A program made the translations under genes and the position numbers. Positions 27,305 to 37,267 of a DNA stretch of 64,000 nucleotides are shown one piece after another (positions within the stretch are counted from its first letter, which is position 1; each line of letters starts with the position of its first letter). The DNA is taken from IMG/VR virus record IMGVR_UViG_3300042540_001399, positions 226,888-290,887 of that record. One strand, 5' to 3'. Under the pieces are notes generated by a model. The model saw only the letters and a program-made list of their open reading frames with translations, ran no database searches and was not told where the DNA came from.

Positions 27305-27361
27305 TTATATTATAACTAACAATAAACTTTATATTAAAAAAATATAAGTTAAATTTTGAAT

Positions 27362-29182
27362 ATGGAACAAAAAGAAAAAAATTTAACAGTCTGGCAAAGA
27401 TTGTCCAAAACGTTTGGACCTAATTCAACGTTAGGTATGGACGACCCTGTTTATAAGTTTGATAAAAAAGAAATATTAAAAACTACAGATAAGTCACAAT
27501 TTGAAAGAGATAAATTAGAAATACAACAAACTTTATTTCTTAATGACAATTGGAAAAAAATCGAAAACAATTTATATAGTCAAGCGGTTTATTATGAACC
27601 AAATAGAATTTCAGCTTTCTACGATTATGAATCTATGGAATATACTCCTGAAATATCAACAGCTTTGGACATATATGCCGAAGAATCTACAACATCTAAT
27701 CAAGACGGATATATTCTTCAAGTTTATTCAGAATCAAAAAGAATCAAAAGTATATTAGTCGATTTATTTAATAACAACTTAGACATAAATACAAACCTAC
27801 AGATGTGGGTCAGAAACATGTGTAAGTATGGTGATAACTTTGTTTATTTAAAACTAGACCCTGAAAAGGGTGTTGTAAGTTGCATGCAACTTCCAAACAT
27901 TGAAATTGAAAGACTTGAACGTGGTATGGAAACAAGGTCAACAAACACCACACCATCTATGAAAGAAAAAAATCTAAGGTTTGTTTGGAAAAATAAAGAC
28001 ATGGAATTCAACACATGGGAAATAGCACATTTTAGATTATTGGGTGATGATAGAAAATTACCTTATGGTACTTCTATGTTAGAAAAGGCCAGGCGTATTT
28101 GGAAACAATTAGTTTTGGCTGAAGATGCGATGTTAATTTATAGAACATCAAGAGCACCTGAAAGACGTGTATTTAAAGTTTATGTTGGTAATATGGATGA
28201 TAAGGATGTTGAAGCCTACGTACAAAGGGTTGCAAATAAATTCAAAAGAGATCAGATTGTTGATTCTAAAACAGGTAATGTAGACTTAAGATTTAATCAG
28301 ATGGCGGTTGATCAAGATTATTTTATTCCTGTTAGGGACGCTCAACAAACAATGCCTATTGAAACATTGGCAGGAGCCGCTAACTTGTCTGAAATTGCCG
28401 ATATTGAATACATCCAAAAAAAGTTACTTACTGCTTTGAGAATTCCAAAAGCTTATTTAGGGTTCGAAGAACCTGTTGGTGATGGTAAAAATCTTTCATT
28501 ATTAGATATTAGATTTGCAAGAACAATTCATAAAATACAAAAAAGTGTTATCGCAGAATTAAATAAAATTGCTATAATACACTTATTCCTGTTAGGGTTT
28601 GAAGATGAATTACAAAACTTTACATTAGGGTTGACTAATCCATCTAAACAAGCCGATCTTTTAATGGTTGAAGTTTGGAAAGAAAAAGTTTTATTATACA
28701 AAGACATGGTTACTGAAATTCCTAACTCATTACAACCGACATCAGCAACATGGGCTAAAAAACATATTTTTGGTTTTTCTGATGAAGAAATTAAACTTGA
28801 ATTACAACAAATTAGATTAGAAAGAGCCGTTGCAGCAGAATTAGCAAATACTGCAACAATAATAACCCATACAGGATTCTTTGATACGGTAGATAAACTT
28901 TATAAAACACAAACAGGATCCACCCAAACTGCAGGAGCCGCACCTGGAGCTGAAGGTGGGGCAGGAGCGCCACCACCTCCACCAGGAGGAGGAGCACCTC
29001 CTTCACCACCAGCAGGAGGTCCGTCTTCAGGACCACCAATTCCTGAATCATTTAAAAAAGATAATTTAAATTTATTACTTGAAAGTGACGATTTACTTGG
29101 GGATGAATTTTTAGATCTGTCTAAGGCATCAAATTCTTTGGGTGACATAGAACATGAATTAGATAAATTACTAAATAGTTAA
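27362..29182 (+). CDS. Portal protein (T4 gp20-like)
   Basis: YESMEYTPEISTALDIYAEE, IYRTSRAPERRVFKVYVGN, DYFIPVR, IQKKLLTALRIPKAYL; located between terminase and protease. Confidence 0.93.
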   Translation: MEQKEKNLTVWQRLSKTFGPNSTLGMDDPVYKFDKKEILKTTDKSQFERDKLEIQQTLFLNDNWKKIENNLYSQAVYYEPNRISAFYDYESMEYTPEISTALDIYAEESTTSNQDGYILQVYSESKRIKSILVDLFNNNLDINTNLQMWVRNMCKYGDNFVYLKLDPEKGVVSCMQLPNIEIERLERGMETRSTNTTPSMKEKNLRFVWKNKDMEFNTWEIAHFRLLGDDRKLPYGTSMLEKARRIWKQLVLAEDAMLIYRTSRAPERRVFKVYVGNMDDKDVEAYVQRVANKFKRDQIVDSKTGNVDLRFNQMAVDQDYFIPVRDAQQTMPIETLAGAANLSEIADIEYIQKKLLTALRIPKAYLGFEEPVGDGKNLSLLDIRFARTIHKIQKSVIAELNKIAIIHLFLLGFEDELQNFTLGLTNPSKQADLLMVEVWKEKVLLYKDMVTEIPNSLQPTSATWAKKHIFGFSDEEIKLELQQIRLERAVAAELANTATIITHTGFFDTVDKLYKTQTGSTQTAGAAPGAEGGAGAPPPPPGGGAPPSPPAGGPSSGPPIPESFKKDNLNLLLESDDLLGDEFLDLSKASNSLGDIEHELDKLLNS

Positions 29183-29203
29183 TATTTATAAATAAAAAAA
29201 ATT

Positions 29204-29926
29204 ATGAAATTTGGTGTATTAAAATCTAAAATAGAAAAGTGTTTAATTGAATCTTACAATAAAAATACTTTTAAAGATAATATTTTTATTTTCAATGAAT
29301 TAGTAAGAAAAAATAAAAATATCAGTAAGTTATATTACTTATATGATGAATTATCATCAAAAAAAGGATTGTCAGAATCTTTGGCTAACGATTTTGTAAA
29401 CGAATCCATAAATTTATACGAAAATACAATAAACAAAATCAATAAAAAACATATTGACGAAATTAATATTTGGGTCAACAATGTAGAAACAAAAAACGAA
29501 TATTCTATAATTGATGACTTATTTTCTAACAATGTGGTAACATTAGAAAATAAAATTAAAAGTAGAAAACAAATTGTAGAATCACTAAAATCTGTAGAAG
29601 TAATTTCTGAAAGTGGTAAGATAGTTCATATACCCTTGGATGATATGATAGAAGTGGCAAATAAAACAGTGAATGAATATATTTCTAAAATTAACGAATC
29701 TGAAAAAAAAGAAATTTTGAGTATAATCAACGAAGACGAAAACAAACTAAAAATAAAATTTGATTTCATCAAAGAAAATACTATCAAAAGATTAGAAAAT
29801 ATTTTAGAAACTGAATCAGATGAAGAAACCAAAAAAACTATTCAAGAAACAATTCAAAAAGTAACTAAAGAAAAATTTGATAAAATTAGTTTTGTAAAAC
29901 TTAAAAGTTTAAATGAAAGTCTTTAA
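29204..29926 (+). CDS. Hypothetical head-module protein
   Basis: ORF after the portal; TATTTAT at 29183. Confidence 0.7.
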   Translation: MKFGVLKSKIEKCLIESYNKNTFKDNIFIFNELVRKNKNISKLYYLYDELSSKKGLSESLANDFVNESINLYENTINKINKKHIDEINIWVNNVETKNEYSIIDDLFSNNVVTLENKIKSRKQIVESLKSVEVISESGKIVHIPLDDMIEVANKTVNEYISKINESEKKEILSIINEDENKLKIKFDFIKENTIKRLENILETESDEETKKTIQETIQKVTKEKFDKISFVKLKSLNESL

Positions 29927-30108
29927 TCGTTTTTAAATTTTTTTTGAATATACCTTGCTTTATTTAAAATCTGTCTTTTTAAGACAGATTTTTTTGTGAA
30001 TTCTTTTCTGTTATTTAATTGACTATTTTGTCTGGTTTTAATTACCTTACTTTTAAGTTCTTTGATTGATCTTTCTATATCCCCTTTTTTTACTTTTACT
30101 ATTAGCAT
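29923..30108 (-). CDS. rpsU: Ribosomal protein bS21 homolog
   Basis: MLIVKVKKGDIERSIKELKSK...RKEFTKKSVLKRQILNKARYIQ parallels Bacteroidota S21 (MLII.VK.GE.IDRALK..K.K...FTKPSV.RR....KA.YIQ); antisense within the head module. Confidence 0.82.
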   Translation of the reverse strand: MLIVKVKKGDIERSIKELKSKVIKTRQNSQLNNRKEFTKKSVLKRQILNKARYIQKKFKND

Positions 30109-30197
30109 ATGTGTTTAATAATTTTATTTATATTGATATATATTACAAATTTAAGTAAACTTATCCAAAATAAACTATTTTACTATGGAAAAAAAAT

Positions 30198-30665
30198 ATG
30201 AAAAAAGGAAAAACTTCCAAAATCAATGGATTTAAATCTGCCAAAATTTCCTATGGAACTGTAGATTCCAAAGAATTCAAATCCCTTTATCTAAACCTAC
30301 AAACTTGGGTAGAACCAAAAAAAGAAAGTGAAAGTTGGAACAGAGTAGTACTGAATATGAATAGATCTATAAAACATTCGATTTACCAAAATATAGATAA
30401 AAAAATTTTTGACGAAAAATTTATTGTTGATATGGACTTAAGAACTAGTGGACTACAGTTGAAAAAAAAATCATTTATGAATTTAGAAATAAACTTATAT
30501 CTTGTTGAAGAAATTGATTTCAAGTCATTAAAATTAAAAAAATCTTTAAAAAATTTAATAAAAAACATTTACGACGAAGTACTATTCAAAAATGAATATT
30601 TTAAGTTTTATCTCACTAAAACTGGAAATTCAAAGTTAGTTAAGGTAAAAACCGAAAAAGTTTAA
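30198..30665 (+). CDS. Hypothetical basic protein
   Basis: 155-aa ORF divergent from bS21. Confidence 0.7.
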   Translation: MKKGKTSKINGFKSAKISYGTVDSKEFKSLYLNLQTWVEPKKESESWNRVVLNMNRSIKHSIYQNIDKKIFDEKFIVDMDLRTSGLQLKKKSFMNLEINLYLVEEIDFKSLKLKKSLKNLIKNIYDEVLFKNEYFKFYLTKTGNSKLVKVKTEKV

Positions 30666-30686
30666 TATTTATTATAAAACTTTGAA

Positions 30687-31403
30687 ATGAAAATATTAGG
30701 ACCTAATGAAATTGGAAAAGGTATTCTTATTGAATACGATGCGGGTTATGTAAATCCCAGATCATCAAACAACCAATATATAATGGAATCTAAAAACTTT
30801 TTAGACTATTCTAAACCCTTTGAGTTTTACGCTGTATTACAAAAATATAACACACCAAATAGGAACGGTAGAATTTATCCTGAAAAGGTTTTAAAAAGAG
30901 AAGCTGAAAATTACAAAAAAATGATTGAGAAAGGTACTTCACTTTCTGAACTTAATCACCCTGAATCGTCACTGATAGATTTAGACAGAGTTTCCCACAT
31001 AATAACTGAAATATGGTGGGATGGACCAACTTTACTTGGTAAGTTAAAATTATTAACAAGTCCTGGTTTTCATGAACGTGGCGTAGTATCGACAAAGGGC
31101 GATTTAGCGGCTAATTATCTTCGTCAAGGTGTTACTTTGGGTATATCATCTCGTGGTGTTGGATCTTTAAAAAAAGTTGGTGAACAAAACGAAGTCCAAG
31201 ATGACTTTGAATTAATTTGTTTTGACTTAGTTTCATCACCTTCTACACCGGGAGCTTATTTATTTTTAGATAAAAATGATAGACAAAAATTTGATGAAAA
31301 TTTAGAAGAAGATAAAAGGATGGCTTTGGAAAGAAATGTTGGGGAAAGTGGTAACAAATCTCTTGACTTAATGAAAAGGTTGTCCGATTATTTAGGAAAA
31401 TAA
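30687..31403 (+). CDS. Prohead core protease (T4 gp21-like)
   Basis: NRNGRIYP, ELNHPES, GISSRGVGS, FDLVSSPSTPGA. Confidence 0.93.
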   Translation: MKILGPNEIGKGILIEYDAGYVNPRSSNNQYIMESKNFLDYSKPFEFYAVLQKYNTPNRNGRIYPEKVLKREAENYKKMIEKGTSLSELNHPESSLIDLDRVSHIITEIWWDGPTLLGKLKLLTSPGFHERGVVSTKGDLAANYLRQGVTLGISSRGVGSLKKVGEQNEVQDDFELICFDLVSSPSTPGAYLFLDKNDRQKFDENLEEDKRMALERNVGESGNKSLDLMKRLSDYLGK

Positions 31404-31409
31404 TTAAAA

Positions 31410-31628
31410 ATGGAACAAGGAGAAAAATATTTTGTAGCAAGAATCACCACAGACATGCTTGATGAAAACAGTGGTAAAGTAAAAAAAATGAAAGAAGAAA
31501 AATTGGTACGAGCTTATTCACCAACCGATGTTGAAGCTAAAGTTACGAAAATTTACGAAAATTACACAATGGACTGGAGAATTACCGCAATTGTTGAAAG
31601 TAAAATTGACGAAGTGATCGAAGGTTAA
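31410..31628 (+). CDS. Hypothetical protein (72 aa)
   Basis: ATG ORF followed by a terminator. Confidence 0.7.
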   Translation: MEQGEKYFVARITTDMLDENSGKVKKMKEEKLVRAYSPTDVEAKVTKIYENYTMDWRITAIVESKIDEVIEG

Positions 31629-31649
31629 AAATAAAAATCAAGAATTTTT

Positions 31650-31683
31650 AAAAAAGGGAATATGAATAATATTCCCTTTTTTT
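31650..31683 (+). terminator. Rho-independent terminator
   Basis: AAAAAGGGAATAT-GAATA-ATATTCCCTTTTTTT. Confidence 0.8.
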
Positions 31684-31751
31684 ATTACTATAACTAAAAA
31701 AAATGAATTTTTTATAAGTTACTAATATTTATTTGTTAAACAAACTTATAA

Positions 31752-33509
31752 ATGAGTAAAAAAACAGTTGTAGAAGAAGCGGTAATTCAAATGAAAAATT
31801 TGGAAGAAGCTCTTAAAGAAAATGCAAAAGGAATACTTGCCTCAACAATGAGACAAGAAATCAATTCTTTGGTAAAAGAATCTCTGACAGAACAGGATGA
31901 GGTTGGAACAAGCGATGAAGAAGAGGTGGATGTAAAAACACCTGAAGGAGAAGAAGACGTTGATGATGAAACTTTCAGCGTAGATGATGAAGATGATTTG
32001 GCTGATGACGATGACTTCGCGGATGACGACGATGATTTGGCTGATGACGATGACTTCGCAGATGACGATGATGATTTAATGGCTAACTTAGGTACTGATG
32101 ACGATGAAGAAGAAGTTACAGTAGACATGAGAGGTGCTAGCGATGATGAAGTTGCCACTGTATTTGCAAAAATGGATAAAAATGATAAAGTTTCAATTGA
32201 AAAAGTCGGTGACTTCTATGAATTAAGAGACACTGAAAATGATACTGAATATATCATTAAATTAAATGAATCAGACGAATTTTATGAAAACGCTTTTGAT
32301 AGTCAAGATAGATTTATGAAAAGACATATGGCTGGTGATGATTCTTGGCAAGATGAAGACCTACATAGTTATAGAAATTATGACTCTGAAGGTGATCTTG
32401 GTGATATCATGGCAGACGATGGTTATGGTAGAAAAAGACACAGACATCATGATGAAGATGAAATGGACCATTCAACAATTTATGAATTGGAGCTTGAAGA
32501 AGAAGGCGATTATGGTTTAGGTGAAGAAATGTATGAAGATTCAATGACCTATGAGGGTATGGGTGGAATGCATTCTGACGAACTTGATGAAGAAATGTAT
32601 GAAGATTCAATGACCTATGAGGGTATGGGTGGAATGCATTCTGACGAACTTGATGAAGAAATGTATGAAGACATGACTTACGATGAGCTTGATGAAATGT
32701 ACACAGATGAACTTGATGAAGAAATGTATGAAGACATGACTTATGAAGATCTTGACGAAGATATGTACGGTGAATCATGGTCAAGCATGGCTAATGAAAC
32801 AGACAAGTTTAAAGTTCACGAATCTAAACAAAAAACAGGAAGTGCGTCGAAATTCAAATATAGTAAAAAACCTAACCAAGAAGGTGGGTTTAACACAAAA
32901 ATGAAAGAAGGATCAAAACGTTTTGGAAAGTCAGGTAAAGCATCTTTCGATTACGATAATGAAGATCCTAATTCAGAAATTGTTATGAAGATCGTAAACA
33001 AAATTAAAGGTGGTAAAAAATCCGAAACTAAAGAAGCTTCAAGAACTTTAGGTGTTGGAAGAGCCTTTGGTAAAAAAGGATTAGATAAAAAAATAACTGC
33101 ACCAAGACACTTGAAAGAAGAAGTTGAAATTTTAAGAGAAAAGAATGAAGAATACAAAAAGGCTTTAGACTTATTTAGAACTAAACTTAATGAAGTCGCG
33201 GTTTTCAATTCTAATTTAGCATACGCTACTAGATTGTTTACGGAACACTCAACAACAAAACAAGAAAAAATAAATATTTTGAGAAGATTTGATAACGTTG
33301 AATCTTTGAAAGAATCCAAAAATCTTTATCAGACTCTAAAAAGTGAATTGTCTAATAACAATTTGACGGATAATAGTATTAATGAATCAATCAATAGAAC
33401 TGTTATGAAGGCACCTTCTACGGGTTCTGCGGTAAATTTGATTGAATCAAAAACTTACGAAAATCCACAATTTATGAGAATGAAAGACTTAATGGGTAAA
33501 ATAAAATAA
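31752..33509 (+). CDS. Prohead scaffolding/core protein (gp22-like position)
   Basis: Highly acidic with coiled-coil C-terminus (LNEVAVFNSNLAYATRLF..QFMRMKDLMG); directly upstream of the capsid gene. Confidence 0.75.
   Translation: MSKKTVVEEAVIQMKNLEEALKENAKGILASTMRQEINSLVKESLTEQDEVGTSDEEEVDVKTPEGEEDVDDETFSVDDEDDLADDDDFADDDDDLADDDDFADDDDDLMANLGTDDDEEEVTVDMRGASDDEVATVFAKMDKNDKVSIEKVGDFYELRDTENDTEYIIKLNESDEFYENAFDSQDRFMKRHMAGDDSWQDEDLHSYRNYDSEGDLGDIMADDGYGRKRHRHHDEDEMDHSTIYELELEEEGDYGLGEEMYEDSMTYEGMGGMHSDELDEEMYEDSMTYEGMGGMHSDELDEEMYEDMTYDELDEMYTDELDEEMYEDMTYEDLDEDMYGESWSSMANETDKFKVHESKQKTGSASKFKYSKKPNQEGGFNTKMKEGSKRFGKSGKASFDYDNEDPNSEIVMKIVNKIKGGKKSETKEASRTLGVGRAFGKKGLDKKITAPRHLKEEVEILREKNEEYKKALDLFRTKLNEVAVFNSNLAYATRLFTEHSTTKQEKINILRRFDNVESLKESKNLYQTLKSELSNNNLTDNSINESINRTVMKAPSTGSAVNLIESKTYENPQFMRMKDLMGKIK
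32523..32654 (+). repeat. 66-nt exact direct repeat (EEMYEDSMTYEGMGGMHSDELD x2) followed by degenerate copies
   Basis: Two identical 66-nt units at 32523 and 32589. Confidence 0.9.
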
Positions 33510-33576
33510 ACTTTTTAACAAAACCGTATATTTATAATATACATAAATAAAAAAATAAAGCTAAAAACAAATAAAA

Positions 33577-35466
33577 ATGGGAGCATTATTAGAATCAGGT
33601 CTTGTTGGTAACATCGGGTTAAAACACCTAAAAGTTATCAAAGAAGATACAATTAACAAATGGGACAGATTAGGGTTCCTTGAAGGTCTTAAAGGCCACC
33701 TAAAAGAAAACGTAGCACAGTTATATGAAAACCAAGCTTCTTTCTTGATTAACGAAGCAACTTCAGAAACTTCTAACGGAGCTTTTGAAACAGTTGTATT
33801 CCCTATCGTAAGAAGAGTTTTTTCTAAATTGTTAGCAAACGATATCGTATCAGTACAAGCAATGAACTTACCTATTGGTAAATTGTTCTACTTCGTACCT
33901 CGTATCCAAGGATACAATCCTAACGCGGCAAATCCTGATGGGACACACTATTCACCAATAGGATCACCTCAAGCAATTGCAGATGGTTACAACTCACTTG
34001 GTCAAGGTTACCCTAACGCTAATTTACCTGCTGGTCAGACTAACGCACCATATACAAAAAATCTTTATGATTTATTTTATGAAGGTAATGAGGCAGGTTT
34101 AGATCCTCCAGGATTGTTTGACTATTCTAAAGGTCAATGGACTGCAGTTACTCAACCGGCTATCGCTATGGTATGGTCAGGTTCTGATTTAACTCCAGCG
34201 ACAAATCAATTTGACGGTGAAGTTACAAGAAAAATTATCGTTAAACTTTGTGGATTTAATAACGGAGGTGTTGGTAAATTAATCGGACCTGATGGTAATG
34301 AGATAGATACAGAAACTTTCTTATCTGATCTTAAAATTGTTGCTGACTTAAACGTATTAACAGGATCTACAGGATGTCCTAATTTAGATGAGATTGGAAA
34401 CACAAACTTGTCAGCACCATTATTGTTTAGAGTTGTAACTCAAATTTATGGTAAAGGAATTGTACAACCAACATCTAATACTCAAGGAACAACTTTCCCT
34501 ACAACAGGAAATGGTGGGTCTTACAACAATATCTGTTCACAGGATGGTTGTATCTATTTAGAAGTTGATCTTTCTTGTCCAGCATGTGCTGATTGTGGAG
34601 CTACTACATTAGATGGTTACACAGGAACTACAATTGGTGAAATAACAGAAAATAATGATACATTAGGACAATCTCCATTCCAAGCAATTTATAGAAGATA
34701 TAAAAACTTAGAATTCGAAGATCAAATTGGTGAGGTTTCTTTTGATCTTGAGTCAGTGACTGTTTCTGTAACAGAAAGAAAATTAAGAGCACAATGGTCA
34801 CCTGAATTAGCTCAGGACGTTGCAGCATTCCATAACATCGATGCAGAAGCTGAATTGACAGCGTTGTTGTCAGAACAAGTAGCTGCTGAAATCGATCGTG
34901 AAATTTTACGTGACTTGAGAAAAGGAGCGGCATGGAATTTACGTTGGGACTACAACGGATGGAGAAGACTTCAATTGACTACATCTTATACACAAAAAGA
35001 TTGGAACCAAACTTTGATCACAGCGATCAATCAATTGTCAGCACAAATCCACAAATCTACTTTGAGAGGTGGTGCTAACTGGATCGTTGTTTCTTCTGAA
35101 GTTTCTGCAATCTTTGATGATCTTGAATACTTCCACGTATCAAATGCTTCACCAGAGCAAGATCAATACAACATGGGTATCGAAAGAGTAGGTACGTTGT
35201 CAGGACGTTACCAAGTTTACCGTGATCCTTACTTCCCGCCTAACCAAGTGTTAATCGGTCACAAAGGAACATCATTGTTAGACACAGGTTACATTTACGC
35301 ACCGTATGTACCTCTACAATTGACACCTACAATGTATAACCCATTCAACTTCACACCTATCAAAGGTATTATGACAAGATACGCTAAGAAAATGGTTAAC
35401 AACCGTTTCTACGGACGTATCACAGTTGATGGTGTTAGAACGTTTGACTTAAGAGAATTGAGATAA
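33577..35466 (+). CDS. Major capsid protein (T4 gp23-like)
   Basis: ANDIVSVQAMNLPIGKLFY, RKLRAQWSPELAQDV.AFHNIDAEAELTALLSEQVAAEIDREI, GYIYAPYVPL, GIMTRYA. Confidence 0.96.
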   Translation: MGALLESGLVGNIGLKHLKVIKEDTINKWDRLGFLEGLKGHLKENVAQLYENQASFLINEATSETSNGAFETVVFPIVRRVFSKLLANDIVSVQAMNLPIGKLFYFVPRIQGYNPNAANPDGTHYSPIGSPQAIADGYNSLGQGYPNANLPAGQTNAPYTKNLYDLFYEGNEAGLDPPGLFDYSKGQWTAVTQPAIAMVWSGSDLTPATNQFDGEVTRKIIVKLCGFNNGGVGKLIGPDGNEIDTETFLSDLKIVADLNVLTGSTGCPNLDEIGNTNLSAPLLFRVVTQIYGKGIVQPTSNTQGTTFPTTGNGGSYNNICSQDGCIYLEVDLSCPACADCGATTLDGYTGTTIGEITENNDTLGQSPFQAIYRRYKNLEFEDQIGEVSFDLESVTVSVTERKLRAQWSPELAQDVAAFHNIDAEAELTALLSEQVAAEIDREILRDLRKGAAWNLRWDYNGWRRLQLTTSYTQKDWNQTLITAINQLSAQIHKSTLRGGANWIVVSSEVSAIFDDLEYFHVSNASPEQDQYNMGIERVGTLSGRYQVYRDPYFPPNQVLIGHKGTSLLDTGYIYAPYVPLQLTPTMYNPFNFTPIKGIMTRYAKKMVNNRFYGRITVDGVRTFDLRELR

Positions 35467-35485
35467 TCAATTAACGGTTAATAAG

Positions 35486-35517
35486 AAAAAGGTCAGAGAA
35501 ATCTGACCTTTTTTTTT
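35486..35517. terminator. Bidirectional terminator after the capsid gene
   Basis: AAAAAGGTCAGA-GAAA-TCTGACCTTTTTTTTT. Confidence 0.85.
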
Positions 35518-35561
35518 GTTAAACAATTACCGTAGAATGTTAAGTCATATTATAAAATAAA

Positions 35562-35783
35562 TTATTCTTTTACATCATTCACTAACATTCTTATAGACTT
35601 AGAAATTATTTCAGTTTCACCAATAGAAAAAGCGCCCCTTTGGTGTGCACACTTAACGGCTTCAACTAAATAATAAATTGAATGTTCTTTGTCCATAGTT
35701 GATAATATTACTTCTAAATGTTCTTCAGATAGTAAATTGATACTGCCGAAAAGATTACCAAAAATTTCATTTTTTTCTTCCAT
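35562..35783 (-). CDS. Hypothetical protein (73 aa)
   Basis: ATG ORF convergent on the capsid terminator. Confidence 0.6.
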   Translation of the reverse strand: MEEKNEIFGNLFGSINLLSEEHLEVILSTMDKEHSIYYLVEAVKCAHQRGAFSIGETEIISKSIRMLVNDVKE

Positions 35784-35811
35784 AATAATTATTTGTGATA
35801 TTTATAAGATA

Positions 35812-36765
35812 ATGAATATTCAAGATATTGTAAACAAAATAATACTAGAAGCAACTACTGAACTCGGGAGTAGGGGATCCTATGTACCCCCTTTACAACC
35901 TGGGTTCAGATTTTTTAAAAAAGAACAATTAGGACCTTTTACAATATCAACTTCTAATTATGATGATGCGATGTTGGCTTATGATAGTTATGATGGTGTT
36001 ATGGATACACCAAAAAAAGAAATAAAAAAACGAGAAAAAATTGCTAAAAAATCTACAAACAAAATAAAAAAAAACCCTTATCTAACATTCAGTGATGATG
36101 ATGGAGGTATATTAAATCAAACACCTGGTGGTAGAAAAAAAATTGTTCCGATACAAAGACAAAAAAAAATTAATGAAGCAAATACTTCAATAACCGCAGG
36201 TCCTTACAATGCCCCGTTAGAAATAGGGTTTTACGATTGGGAAGATCATCATATTGGTCCTTTTACTGAATTTGTGGAAACAAATAATAACAAACTACAG
36301 ATAAAAAAGAAAATGCGTAATAATATAAAAAGGACTGTTGGTGTTTGGGAAAAAGATCATCGAGGATCTTATGATAGAAATATAGACGAACCACATCATT
36401 TAAAAGAAGATTTGGCGGTTTGGTTTGGTACTAAAAAAAAACCAAAAGGTTCAAAACAACCAAAAGGTCCATGGGTTAACATTTGTCGTAAAGTTGATGG
36501 TAAACATCCGCCTTGCGGGCGACACGACACATCCAAAGGGGCGTACCCTAAATGTCGTGCCGCTGGTGTTGCGGGTAAAATGTCCGATTCTGCTAAAAGA
36601 TCCGCTTGTCAACAAAAAAGATCTGCCGAAAAAAAAGATACGCAAACAGGAAAAGGACAAAAACCGATTATGACATCATATAAACCAAGAAAATCCACAA
36701 ATGAAGTAAGAATTACAGAATCACATTTAGTCTTGCTTATCAAAAATATTTTGAAAGAACTTTAG
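35812..36765 (+). CDS. Hypothetical protein with C-terminal Cys/basic module
   Basis: WF...PWVNICRK..PPCGR..YPKCR..MS.SAKRSACQQKR; start set at ATG 35812 (TATTTAT at 35799). Confidence 0.7.
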   Translation: MNIQDIVNKIILEATTELGSRGSYVPPLQPGFRFFKKEQLGPFTISTSNYDDAMLAYDSYDGVMDTPKKEIKKREKIAKKSTNKIKKNPYLTFSDDDGGILNQTPGGRKKIVPIQRQKKINEANTSITAGPYNAPLEIGFYDWEDHHIGPFTEFVETNNNKLQIKKKMRNNIKRTVGVWEKDHRGSYDRNIDEPHHLKEDLAVWFGTKKKPKGSKQPKGPWVNICRKVDGKHPPCGRHDTSKGAYPKCRAAGVAGKMSDSAKRSACQQKRSAEKKDTQTGKGQKPIMTSYKPRKSTNEVRITESHLVLLIKNILKEL

Positions 36766-36766
36766 A

Positions 36767-37201
36767 TTATTGTTCGCTAATTTTCATTTCATCTACTATT
36801 GCATTGTAAACTTTATCTAAAGTATTCTTGATATTTTTTTTGACTGTTCTTTCTGTATCCGTTCGTCTTTTTTCCGTTTCTGTATCATAAAGATATGTTA
36901 TTCTTTCATAATCCCTTGTGGATAATTTTACATCATAATGAAAAACATGATTTGTAATTTCCACCCTACCATAGTCTATTATAATAAAAAGATTCAATGA
37001 ATCATTAATTATGAATCTTTTGTTTGACATTGGGGCAATCATAAAATCGGAATCTTTATGCGAAATAAGTTTTACACATATCTTGAAGGCAGTTTTTTCA
37101 TGTAGCTCAACTTCTTCATAAGTCTTTAGGGCGGAAGATCTACCTACTTTACTTAGTCTTACTTTGAATCTTTTGTAGATTCTCCTTAAAATTTTTTTCA
37201 T
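36767..37201 (-). CDS. Hypothetical protein
   Basis: ATG ORF with a TATATTTG element on the minus strand (37224-37231). Confidence 0.7.
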   Translation of the reverse strand: MKKILRRIYKRFKVRLSKVGRSSALKTYEEVELHEKTAFKICVKLISHKDSDFMIAPMSNKRFIINDSLNLFIIIDYGRVEITNHVFHYDVKLSTRDYERITYLYDTETEKRRTDTERTVKKNIKNTLDKVYNAIVDEMKISEQ

Positions 37202-37267
37202 TTTGTTGTATTTTATAATACTACAAATATATATAAAAAAAACTTAAATAAAAAAAAATAAATTATT

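Noticed and set aside
32523-32654. Possible CRISPR array (also 21742-21807 and 63319-64000)
   Set aside because: Repeats are contiguous, in frame and without unique spacers; no cas genes in the window
25347-35466. Inteins or introns in terminase, portal or capsid genes
   Set aside because: ORFs are continuous; no C-x...HN-C/S/T intein termini or homing-endonuclease motifs seen
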